Assembly (NCBI GenBank): GCA_002412065.1
Contig: GG730040.1
Location: 2,311-66,310, forward strand
DNA length: 64,000 nt
Source of the DNA: Candidatus Parvarchaeum acidiphilum ARMAN-4
Lineage (GTDB): Archaea > Nanobdellota > Nanobdellia > Parvarchaeales > Parvarchaeaceae
Direction: 5' to 3'
Shown here: one piece after another, positions 9,530-19,043 of the stretch
How the letters are laid out: every line of letters starts with the position of its first letter
Numbering within the stretch: the first letter of the stretch is position 1
Translations under genes and position numbers: made by a program
Notes under the pieces: generated by a model
What the model saw: the letters and a program-made list of their open reading frames with translations, nothing else
What the model was told of the DNA's origin: nothing
The model's database searches: none

Positions 9530-12500
9530 ATGACTTATATAAAACAGGTAGAACTTGATAACTTTAAGTCCTTTGCAGGACATATAAAGTTTGATTTTGT
9601 AAACGGGTTCAACGCAATAGCTGGTGCAAATGGTTCAGGTAAAAGTAACTTAATTGATGCGCTTCTTTTTGTATTTGGAGGTTCCTCAAAAAAGGAGATG
9701 AGATCAGATATTCTTACAGATCTTATATTCAATGGAGGAAAAAATGGTAGGCAGGCAGAGCACGCCAAAGTCAATGTCATACTAGACAATTCAAAAAAAG
9801 AATTTCACGGAATTGAAGAAAATGAAGTTTCAATAAGCAGAAAGGTCGATAAAAACGGAAAAAGTGTTTACAGGGTAAATGGAAAGGCTTCTACCAGGGA
9901 AGAAGTCTTAAATGTATTATCTTTAGTAAAATTCAGGCAAGATGGATTTAACATAATCCCACAGGGAAGGATATTAGAAGTAGTTGGAACTTCTAATGAG
10001 GATAGGTTGAATCTTATAAATGATCTTTCCGGTATCAGTGTATTTGAAGATAAAAAAAGCAAAGCCATGAACGAAATGAGAAAAGTAGAGAGCAATATAT
10101 CAAAAATTGATACTGTTCTAAATGAAAAACGCAAATTAATGGCCCAACTAGAAAAAGACAAAACAAGAGCCATAGAATTTCAGCAGCTTAAAGAGAGGTA
10201 TTCGGCCCTACTTTCTAAGCAGTCAATGATAAAGAGAGATCTTGCATTTTCAGAGTTACAGTCTATACTTGAGCAACTCAAAGAAGCAGAGAAAGGAAAT
10301 GAAACACTAGCATCAGAAATTGAAAAGTTAAATGATCGTGTGAAAAAGATAAATGAAGAAATAAATGTTATAAACACAAAGGCCGAGGCAGAAGGAGAAA
10401 AAGAAATCCTTGATGCGGAAAACAAAGCAAAAGAATTTGATTCTGAGCTAGCCAGATTGAATGCGGTTCTTAAAAATGATAATGACCAATTGAATAATAT
10501 TATTACATCAATCGATGAATTATCAAAATCCCAAGAAGAGATTAAACAGCAGATAAAAACTGAAGAAAGCGAGAAAAAGAATCTAGAAGAAAAAATAGAT
10601 GCATTAAATTCAAAAAAGCTTCTCCTCATAGAAAGTGAATCGAAAACTCAGAATTATGTTAAAAATAGGAAGTATTAGAGAAGAAAATTTATGATATAGA
10701 TAAAAAAATATACGAGCAGAAAATTGCTCTGGCTAATTATCCAAAAATTGCAGAGATACAGGAGGCACTTACATCTTTTGATTCAAATAAAAATGAAATT
10801 GAGAAAACAATAAAGGAAATGACCTTATCATTTTCGGAGTTAAAGCCAGAAATTGACAAATTAAAAGCACAGGTAAAACGGGAAGCAGATGCAATATACC
10901 TACTCAGAGAGAATCTTTTTAATCAGAGGAATTCTTTGTCGTATCAGAACAAAGTAATTGAGATAGTTAATAGACTCAAAAAGGAAATAAATGGTATCTA
11001 TGGAACAGTCTCAGAGCTTTTCTCACTAAAAAATGAAGAGTACTCTATTCCAGTATTGAGATCAATAGGCAGGCGGTCAGAATTCATAGTTGTAGAAAAT
11101 GAAGAGGTAGCAAGGCAGTGTATAGATAAATTAAAATAAGACAAGCTGGGCTTTTACACATTTATACCTATAACTACAGTGAGAAGTAGTTATAACTTCA
11201 ATAAAATAGATGATACAAGAGTAATTGATTACATTATAAATCTTGTAAATTTCGAGCAAAATTTGCTTCGAGTAATGCAGTTTGTTTTTGGTGATACTAT
11301 ACTTGTAAGAGATTTTGATGCAGCAAAAGAACTTATAAGCAAATATAGGATGGTTTTACAGGACGGAACCGTGTTTGAGAGAACTGGGACTGTATCAGGA
11401 GGCCATTTCGATATACCAAATATCCTAAATGTTAATAAAAAGATAGCTGAGATAACTGCTGAGTTAGACACGCATTCAAAGCTAAAAGAAAAATACGATG
11501 AAGAAGTTATTGAGAAAGAATCAACTTTGAATTCTTTAATGACAGAAATTAAGGTAAGACAGAAAACTCTAGATGAAACAAAAATAAAAATTAATCAGCT
11601 TTTGAAAGAAAAATCAAAATTCACAGGCACAGAATCAGAAATTTCTGACAGCATAAGGGCTCTTGAAGGAGAAAAGACAAATTTAAGTTCAAAATTAGAA
11701 GAGCTTGAAAAAGACAAGCCAGAAAAAATAATAGACCACAAAAAAGAAATAGAAGCTTTGGATAGAGAAGTTAATGAGCTTCAGGTAAAGGTTGCTACTT
11801 CTGGCAACAAACTTTCTGCTGTTTTAATGTCAGAAATAAACAATCTTGAAAAAAGATTTTCGCAGCTTAATAAAGAAAGAGATAAATTTGAAAATGAAAT
11901 TGAAGAGGTACAAAATGCAATAAAAGATACTCAGGAAAACTATGATAAGGCTAGAAAAGAGCTTTCAGCTAGGTCAAATAATCTAAGCATGTTAAGAAAG
12001 AGGAGAAATGAGCTTTCAATTGAACTTGGAACGCTTCAAAAACAACATGACGATATATATAATCGCTCACAGAAGATAGTTTCAGATTTAAATGCTTTAA
12101 AGGTAAAAGAGGCCGGTTCAAAGGTTAAATTTGAAACCGCGGAAGAAGAATATAATAAGTATAAGGTTGATGGGGTAAAAATTGAGGAAGGAGAAACAAT
12201 TGAAAAAATAACAAAAGAGCTAAATCAATTAAACTCAAAGATAAATTCCTTTGGTCCTATAAATGAACTTGCGCTGAAAACATTTATGGAAACTCAGCAG
12301 CAATATGAGGAATTTAACGTAAAGCTAGAGAAATTAAATGAGGAAAAAGGAAGGATACTTGCAGTAATATCCGAGATAGAGCAGAAAAAATTAGAATCTT
12401 TTATGAAAACTTTATCGGATATAAACTCCATTTTTACAAAGGTTTTCAATTCAATTACAAAAGGAAAAGCAGAGCTTGTGCCAGAAGATCCTAATAATGT

Positions 12501-12855
12501 GTTTTCATCAGGTTTGGATATTGCGGTTGAGCTTCCAAATAAACGTGTAAGAAATATAAGAGGGTTAAGCGGAGGAGAACTTTCAGTGCTTGCTATATCT
12601 TTGATAATGGCATTGTCAAAATACACAGACGCAGTTTTCTATGTTCTAGATGAGGTGGATGCAGCTTTGGATGCTATCAATGCAGGAAATTTCTCTGCAC
12701 TTGTCAAGGCATATTCTGATTCATCACAGTTTATAATAATCTCTCACAATGAAACGACTCTTATAAATGCAGATGTAATATACGGTGTAACGATGAATGA
12801 CCAAGGGATAAGTAGGGTTGTACGTGTAAAAATGCCAGAGCAGAGCAATCAATAG
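9530..12855 (+). CDS. smc: Chromosome segregation protein SMC, interrupted by a frameshift near 10670 and an in-frame TAA at 11137-11139
   Basis: NFKSF, GANGSGKSN, coiled coils, hinge (GIYGTVSEL...LK*DKLGFYTFIP), LSGGE, YVLDEVDAALD, QFIIISH; the three track ORFs join into one protein of about 1108 aa. Confidence 0.93.
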
Positions 12856-13658
12856 GCTATACTGCTTAGAACATCAGATATCTCAGTTAGTGTAAGTTCT
12901 TTAACTTGTTTATTTCCAATAGATTTAATCTTTTCTGGCAAATCTTGAAATACCTGTTTGCTTTCTTTTTTTGTTTTGGAATTAAGTGAGATAACCGCAT
13001 TCATAAATGCGTTTTTTAATAGCATCTCCCTTCTTCTGAATATCTCTTGGAATATGTCATTTTTTTTCTTTGTGATTTTTATCATCCTACTTGTTACTCT
13101 AGGGACAGGATAAAATGATTCTTTTTTTACTTCTGTTATTTCTTCAAATTTGAAAAATATTTTTTCTATAGAAGAGAATTTTGTTTCATTTTTATCTGAC
13201 AAAAGCTGTTTTGATATTGTATTTGGTATTATCATTACCCCCGAATAAAAATCATAGGAAGATAGTTTGTCAATTATCCTATCAGTAATATTATACGGCG
13301 GATTAGATATTATTTTATTAAATTTAGGGTATATCATCTCTAAAGCATCTGCATTTATAATCTGGACATTTGGATCTATTTCATATTTGTCGATTAAATA
13401 TGAGTAACATTTTATTTCCTTTTCAATTGCAATTATATGGCATTTTTTGCTAACTACGCTTTCTATGCTTCCGAATCCAGCTCCGATATCTAATACAATA
13501 TCAGATGGTTCTAATTTAGCATTTTCTATTTCTTCAGCAAGCACATCTTCATCCACTAAGAAATTCTGCCCGTTTTCATTGTCACTTTTTATTTTATCAT
13601 CTTCAACTAATCTTATTATTAAATCCTTCAATTGTCCCATATCACTTTGAATGACCAC
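12849..13658 (-). CDS. rsmA: 16S rRNA adenine dimethyltransferase KsgA/Dim1
   Basis: GQNFLVD, VLDIGAGFG, ISNPPYNI, FYPVPRVTS. Confidence 0.93.
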   Translation of the reverse strand: MVIQSDMGQLKDLIIRLVEDDKIKSDNENGQNFLVDEDVLAEEIENAKLEPSDIVLDIGAGFGSIESVVSKKCHIIAIEKEIKCYSYLIDKYEIDPNVQIINADALEMIYPKFNKIISNPPYNITDRIIDKLSSYDFYSGVMIIPNTISKQLLSDKNETKFSSIEKIFFKFEEITEVKKESFYPVPRVTSRMIKITKKKNDIFQEIFRRREMLLKNAFMNAVISLNSKTKKESKQVFQDLPEKIKSIGNKQVKELTLTEISDVLSSIAY

Positions 13659-13920
13659 GGGGAGGTTTCAATCTTTCTACTAAATACTCTTGTCCACAAG
13701 ATTTACAATTAAACACATATTTCTCTTTATTTTTGCCATTTTCTCTGACTTTTTCAATTTTTAATTCTGATTCAAAATCGTTATCTTTTTTGCATTTCGG
13801 GCATTTAAACACATAATGAAAATTAGTTTCCCCGGTTTCTCTGTATATCATTAGTTTCTCACTTTTGTCGTCAAAACTAATAAACGATTTTTTTATAAAA
13901 TTAATTTTGTTTATGTCCAT
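13642..13920 (-). CDS. Small zinc-ribbon protein
   Basis: CPKC...CKSC; overlaps the rsmA start. Confidence 0.75.
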   Translation of the reverse strand: MDINKINFIKKSFISFDDKSEKLMIYRETGETNFHYVFKCPKCKKDNDFESELKIEKVRENGKNKEKYVFNCKSCGQEYLVERLKPPRGHSK

Positions 13921-13954
13921 ACAAGAAAACGTTTTTTTTATTTTATATATCTTT

Positions 13955-14608
13955 TTATTCTATTTTTATACGATTTAATTCTCCGCTTTCTTTTATCCAG
14001 ATAGACCAGCAAAGTTCAGTCTGGCTAATACCATATCTTTTACTTATTTTCATCCCTTCACTTATGCATTCATAAGGGTTTTTTAGAGGTTTAAAATTTC
14101 TGGTTATCCAATTCATTATAACTTTATCTGGCATTATAGTGTCTACTCCACTCTGTATACGGAGGTATTGGAAAGTGCTTAATCCTACTCCTTTTATTCT
14201 TCCGATTTCATCTTCTTTAAATTTAAATGGATCAGCATTTTTGGCCCATTCCTTTAAAGCTTCTATCTCGCTTTTTTTAGGGTCTTTTTTAGATATAACC
14301 TTACATATTTCTTTCATTGCAGCCCATACCCTCTTGTTTTTGAATAATGTGAGCAGCTCATTTTTGTTTATTTTGCTAAAATCAGAGCAGTTTAAAACTT
14401 TCCCACTTTTTATATATTTTTCACGAAAATAATTTACTTTTGGTAGAACTACAGTGAAATAGTTTAATCCAGTGCTGTCTAGGCAGGAATCTAATATAAT
14501 CAAAACGGCATTTCCACCCCACCGTTTACCTTTTTTGCATAGCTTAGCAAATCTTTCAGCTTCGGTTTTTATTTCACTTCCGAAAAGCTTTAATTCATTA
14601 TCTTTCAT
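13955..14608 (-). CDS. Helix-hairpin-helix (HhH-GPD-like) protein, putative DNA glycosylase
   Basis: IGRIKGVGLSTFQYL followed by DTIMPDKVI. Confidence 0.6.
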   Translation of the reverse strand: MKDNELKLFGSEIKTEAERFAKLCKKGKRWGGNAVLIILDSCLDSTGLNYFTVVLPKVNYFREKYIKSGKVLNCSDFSKINKNELLTLFKNKRVWAAMKEICKVISKKDPKKSEIEALKEWAKNADPFKFKEDEIGRIKGVGLSTFQYLRIQSGVDTIMPDKVIMNWITRNFKPLKNPYECISEGMKISKRYGISQTELCWSIWIKESGELNRIKIE

Positions 14609-14711
14609 TATTAAACAATAAATGTAGCTTATATTTATTATATTTAGTTTTTACTACGTGTAAAAATATATATAAAGGTAAAAAGCATAAGTAGAGTATT
14701 ATTTCAATAAT

Positions 14712-15413
14712 ATGAAAGTACCAAGGTCAAGAAGAAGGGGAAAGAGCAGAGTTTTCAGAGTCAACGATTTCAAAGCCATCGGCAAGGTAAAACTCCCAAA
14801 CTCAAGTGAGCCTATGAATGCAAGAGTAATAAAACTTATTCATGATCCTTACAGAACAGCTCCGCTTATGCAGTTAAAATTTGAGAATGGTTCTACATCC
14901 TTTTTGCCCGCATTTGTTGGGGCGTATGAAGGAATGATAATAACTTATATGAAAGGTGACAGTATAAAAGAGGGCTCGGTTTTAAGGCTTGGAGATATGC
15001 CAACCGGTACAAACGTATACAATGTTGAGTTAAAAGCTGGCGATGGCGGTAAATTAATAAGATCTGGTGGTAACAGCGCAAGGATAATGGAAAATAATGG
15101 CAATGAAGTTGCACTTTCGCTTTCAAGCGGCAAGATTCTTAGATTAAAGCAAGACTGCAGAGCAGTTGTTGGTAAAATAGCTAATGCAGGCAGAAAAGAA
15201 AAACCATTTTATAAGGCTGGAAATAAGTATCACCTCATAAAAGCCAGAAGCAAATATTGGCCTATGAATGCGGCAGTTGCAATGAATGCTTATGAACATA
15301 AGTTTGGAGGTAAAAGAAGAAGTACTCAGCACAAGTCTAAGAGCTCTGCAAGGAACTCACCTCCAGGTGCAAAAGTAGGAGCTATCGCCCCTAAGAGGAC
15401 AGGTGTTAGGTAA
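14712..15413 (+). CDS. rpl2: 50S ribosomal protein uL2
   Basis: LIHDPYRTAP, GDGGKLIRSGG, EKPFYKAG, AMNAYEHKFGG, PPGAKVGAIAPKRTG. Confidence 0.97.
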   Translation: MKVPRSRRRGKSRVFRVNDFKAIGKVKLPNSSEPMNARVIKLIHDPYRTAPLMQLKFENGSTSFLPAFVGAYEGMIITYMKGDSIKEGSVLRLGDMPTGTNVYNVELKAGDGGKLIRSGGNSARIMENNGNEVALSLSSGKILRLKQDCRAVVGKIANAGRKEKPFYKAGNKYHLIKARSKYWPMNAAVAMNAYEHKFGGKRRSTQHKSKSSARNSPPGAKVGAIAPKRTGVR

Positions 15414-15799
15414 TGGAAGAGTATAAATTCAGAGGCAAAAGCATAGATGATCTCAAAAAGATGTCAATTCAGGAGCTTATGGTAATAGCGAATGCAGATT
15501 TTAGGAGGGCTTTTAAAAGGGGCTTATCACCTGAAGAAAAGGCATTTTTAAAAAATATGGATAAAAAGTCTGCAAAGTCTAAGAACATAAGAACACATAT
15601 GAGAGAAATGTTTATACTTCCAAGTTTAGTTGGATTGACAATACATGTATACAACGGAAAAGAATTCATACCTATCGAGATAAAACCTTCAATGGTGTTT
15701 CATCGTCTTGGAGAATTTGCATTAAGTACAAAACAGGTTAAACATGGTTCTCCAGGTATGAAAGCTACACGTTCAAGCGGTTTTGTGCCAATTAAGTAA
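15413..15799 (+). CDS. rps19: 30S ribosomal protein uS19
   Basis: RTHMREMFILP, VYNGKEF, HRLGEFA, KHGSPG..ATRSS.FVP. Confidence 0.97.
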   Translation: MEEYKFRGKSIDDLKKMSIQELMVIANADFRRAFKRGLSPEEKAFLKNMDKKSAKSKNIRTHMREMFILPSLVGLTIHVYNGKEFIPIEIKPSMVFHRLGEFALSTKQVKHGSPGMKATRSSGFVPIK

Positions 15800-15801
15800 A
15801 T

Positions 15802-16383
15802 ATGATAACGAAATTACAAGTGAAAAGAGAAGGGATGCCGATATCCGTTAAGCATACTCATGAAATAATTGAGGCTGTTAAAGGTAAGGAAATCTCAAAA
15901 GCCACTACTTTTCTAAAAAAAGTACTTCTTAAGGAAGAATATGTCCCATTTAGAAAATACCCTAGTAAAGGACATAAGCATGGTGTACCAGCAGGTTATC
16001 CTCAAAAGGCGACAAAGCAGGTAATCTCAATGCTTCAAGAACTCAAAGCGAATGCAAAGAATATGGGTTTTGATGATTCAAAGATAGTTATAAGCAGTTA
16101 TGCATTAGGAAGAGGAGGTTATCCTAGGTTCTCAAGCGGTACAGTTTATAGACACGGTAAAAGAACTAATCTTACTATCTATTCAATGATTGATCAAGAG
16201 CGAAAGATGCCTCAAAAGAAGGCTGCTGTTGAAAAGAAAACAGAAGAGGATGTTGAGAAGAAAGAAACTAGCACCGAAGTAAAAAATGATAATCCAGAAA
16301 AAATTGAAGAAAAAACAGATAAAGTTGAAGAACAGCAAACTAATAAAAGCGTAGAAAGTAATGATTTGAAGGCGGAGAAATAA
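15802..16383 (+). CDS. rpl22: 50S ribosomal protein uL22 with a charged C-terminal tail
   Basis: ISVKHTHEI, VPFRKY, GYPQKA; operon position. Confidence 0.93.
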   Translation: MITKLQVKREGMPISVKHTHEIIEAVKGKEISKATTFLKKVLLKEEYVPFRKYPSKGHKHGVPAGYPQKATKQVISMLQELKANAKNMGFDDSKIVISSYALGRGGYPRFSSGTVYRHGKRTNLTIYSMIDQERKMPQKKAAVEKKTEEDVEKKETSTEVKNDNPEKIEEKTDKVEEQQTNKSVESNDLKAEK

Positions 16384-16384
16384 A

Positions 16385-17056
16385 ATGTTACCGAAAAAAA
16401 TAGTTGCAAATAGAGTTAATGATGAAACAGCTAGGGAATATCTTTTCAAGAAATTTAGCAGGTTTGGAATAAGCGATATAAGAATAGAAAAGACTCCGTT
16501 AGGTATGAAAATTGTTATAAAGACTCCAAAGCCAGGTGCAATAATTACAAGAGCTAATCAAATACTAAGAGAAAGTTCAAAAGAGCTTGGTGAGTATTTC
16601 AATCAAGAATCTCCAAGAATAGAAGTAGAAGGCTCGCAGGATCCTAATCTGGATCCAGCAATAGTTGCAGATTCAATAGCTTTTAAGATAGCTAAATACG
16701 GCCCAATGAAGTACAAAGTGGTTGCTCACAAAGCAATGGACAGTATAATGTCTGCTGGTGCTAGAGGCGTAGAAATAGAGATAGGTGGAGTAATCAAAGA
16801 AAGAGCTGCGCATTTTAAGTTTAGGCCTACTGGAAGTGTTATGCCGAAAACAGGCCAAGTAGAATTTTTCGGCGTCAGAAGCGCTAAAAAGCAATTAGTA
16901 CTTAAAAGAGGATCAATAGGGATAAAAGTTACAATAGTTGTGCCAACTGAAAACATAGGAGGAGTAAAAATAAATGATGGAAGAAAATCTGAAGGACTTG
17001 GAAATGGAACTTCTGAAAATGAACATAAAGAAGACGCAGGGGCTCCAGCCAGCTGA
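16385..17056 (+). CDS. rps3: 30S ribosomal protein uS3
   Basis: EKTPLG, PGAII, AGARGVEIEIGG, KRGSIGIKVTI. Confidence 0.95.
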   Translation: MLPKKIVANRVNDETAREYLFKKFSRFGISDIRIEKTPLGMKIVIKTPKPGAIITRANQILRESSKELGEYFNQESPRIEVEGSQDPNLDPAIVADSIAFKIAKYGPMKYKVVAHKAMDSIMSAGARGVEIEIGGVIKERAAHFKFRPTGSVMPKTGQVEFFGVRSAKKQLVLKRGSIGIKVTIVVPTENIGGVKINDGRKSEGLGNGTSENEHKEDAGAPAS

Positions 17057-17150
17057 TGCTGGTAAGTACAGGCATTTAAAGAAGAAGGTAGCTCAGCTGA
17101 AGAATGAGCTTAGACAGAAAGAGCTTTTAAGCTCTAAGTCAAGTAAATAG
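16974..17150 (+). CDS. rpl29: 50S ribosomal protein uL29 (58 aa, below the ORF-track cut-off)
   Basis: MMEENLKDLEMELLKMNIKKTQGLQPADAGKYRHLKKKVAQLKNELRQKE...; canonical position after rps3. Confidence 0.8.
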   Translation: MMEENLKDLEMELLKMNIKKTQGLQPADAGKYRHLKKKVAQLKNELRQKELLSSKSSK

Positions 17151-17299
17151 TTTTTTATATAGTTCCTGCAAAAGCGATGTATCTGTATAATAAGATTATA
17201 GACTTTCTGCAATAGATGGCAAATCAAGTAAATATCTTTTATTTATTTAAAAAAGGCTTTATGTTAGTAAAAAGCTTCTATTCTTATACTAAAAGATAA

Positions 17300-18166
17300 T
17301 TACCCATTTATCAAATCAAATAAAGTATCTAACTGTGCCCTTTTTGCTTCAATCTGTGCCTTCATTTTCTTATATTCATCTTCACTTATTTTACCAGAAA
17401 CAAAATTTCTTTCTAAGTCTGCAGATTCCTTCTCTATCTCTCTTAATTTGGTGTTTAGTTTGGTTGATCCTTGCGGCCCCATCGAAAGACTATTTGACAC
17501 ATTGTTTGCCAATTGTCGTTTATCTAATTTATTTCCATATTTTCTTGACAGTTCACTATACATTTCTGTCATATCTCCTTCCAATTTAGAATATGAGTCT
17601 TTATCCTTGAATTTACAGTCTCCTGCAAGAACTACTCTAACATTTGCGGATTCTTCTGTTGGGTCATAAACACCTATTATTTTTGCCCACAGGAATATTG
17701 GAACAATCTTTTTTATTTCAAAAAACAACAAAGCAAGCACAAAAAACGCTATCATTCCGTAAAGTACTAACGCAGATGACGAATAGCTAAAGTGCGTTAT
17801 ATTAGTGTAGATATTTGTTCTGTATGAGACTAAAAGTAATGCTAAAAGGATTACGCCGATTATAAGGCATGCTTTCCAGGCAATTGGGTATTTTGAGCCT
17901 TTTTTATTATCTTTCGCGCTTTTCAATAGTGCCCTTATAGGTTTTGCGTTTCCTCCGCGAAAGGTTTCTTCTAATTCATTATCTTGGAATTTTGCAAGTT
18001 CATTTAGTAATATCTTATAATCCATATCTGTCATGTATTCAGATACTTGGTTTCTTAATACTTGTGGATCATCACTTTTAATGTAAAGATCATAGAACAC
18101 ATGTCTTTTCTCTAATTCTTGAGTATCAAATTCTTTTTCGTAGTTCTTTATGCTGAAGCCAATCAT
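17300..18166 (-). CDS. Two-TM membrane protein with a C-terminal SHOCT-like motif
   Basis: Two hydrophobic helices mid-protein; LERNFVSGKISEDEYKKMKAQI. Confidence 0.7.
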   Translation of the reverse strand: MIGFSIKNYEKEFDTQELEKRHVFYDLYIKSDDPQVLRNQVSEYMTDMDYKILLNELAKFQDNELEETFRGGNAKPIRALLKSAKDNKKGSKYPIAWKACLIIGVILLALLLVSYRTNIYTNITHFSYSSSALVLYGMIAFFVLALLFFEIKKIVPIFLWAKIIGVYDPTEESANVRVVLAGDCKFKDKDSYSKLEGDMTEMYSELSRKYGNKLDKRQLANNVSNSLSMGPQGSTKLNTKLREIEKESADLERNFVSGKISEDEYKKMKAQIEAKRAQLDTLFDLING

Positions 18167-18266
18167 AAAAATATATGATTTCGTTTAAATAAATAAGTAT
18201 TATTTGCATTATAACGTTTGATTATAGCACTAAAACCATTTATTTAAAAAAATACTAACTAATCAA

Positions 18267-18743
18267 ATGGATTTAGGATCTATTGGGTTTTTGGTAATAT
18301 CTGCGCTGCTTATATCTACAGCTATACTTATGGTATCCACTAAAAACCTTATACACTCTCTTTTATACATGTTCATGTTTGTAATCTCTGTAACTGCAAT
18401 GATTCTTTATTTAAATGCAGTCTTTTTAGGTATAGCAGAGCTTATAATATATAATGGAGGAATAGTACTTTTGTTAGCCATTGGCATAAGCTCAATGCCA
18501 GAGGGCACTGTAACAAGGCTAAATTCCAAGCTCTCGTTTGCTCTTCCAGTAATAGTTCTTGCAGTAACATCGTTTCTACTTTTGAAAATGCCTTCTAGTT
18601 CATATTCTTCTAGTTTAAATTACACAAATTTCGGAACATACTTCTTCCAAAATTACGCAGGCTTGCTTCTAGTTCTTGCTTTTACCGCAATAGCGAGTAT
18701 ATTCTCAACAATATATATTATAAGTAAAGGTGAAAAAGTATGA
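18267..18743 (+). CDS. nuoJ: NADH-quinone oxidoreductase subunit J-like
   Basis: KNLIHSLLY, LNAVFLGIAELIIYNGGIVLL. Confidence 0.88.
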   Translation: MDLGSIGFLVISALLISTAILMVSTKNLIHSLLYMFMFVISVTAMILYLNAVFLGIAELIIYNGGIVLLLAIGISSMPEGTVTRLNSKLSFALPVIVLAVTSFLLLKMPSSSYSSSLNYTNFGTYFFQNYAGLLLVLAFTAIASIFSTIYIISKGEKV

Positions 18744-19042
18744 TACCCGAAGAATATTTCCTGCTGCTTACAAGTATACTTTTTGTTATTGGGATTTACG
18801 GTATATTATCAAGGAGAGAAGGGATATCCATTATCATCTCTTCAGAAATTATAGTTAATGCGGCGATAATAAACTTTGTATCTGCTGCTAATTTTTATTC
18901 AGCATTGAATGGAATAAGCTACGCGTTGATAACTCTAATAATGATAGTATTTGAAACAGTCGTTTTTATCGCTTTAATGGTGATCTTCTCAAGAAAGACA
19001 GGTTCTCTTTCAATATCCAAGTTAGGGAGGTATAAAGGTTAA
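18740..19042 (+). CDS. nuoK: NADH-quinone oxidoreductase subunit K-like
   Basis: LFVIGIYGILSRR, SSEIIVNAAIINF, FETVV. Confidence 0.88.
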   Translation: MIPEEYFLLLTSILFVIGIYGILSRREGISIIISSEIIVNAAIINFVSAANFYSALNGISYALITLIMIVFETVVFIALMVIFSRKTGSLSISKLGRYKG

Positions 19043-19043
19043 T

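Noticed and set aside
9530-12855. smc as a true pseudogene or naturally split gene
   Set aside because: All ATPase and hinge motifs are intact, scpA and scpB are intact, and the lesions match the error pattern elsewhere.
17151-17299. Possible sRNA or micro-ORF in the gap after rpl29
   Set aside because: No convincing C/D boxes or stable stem; only a 12-codon ORF.
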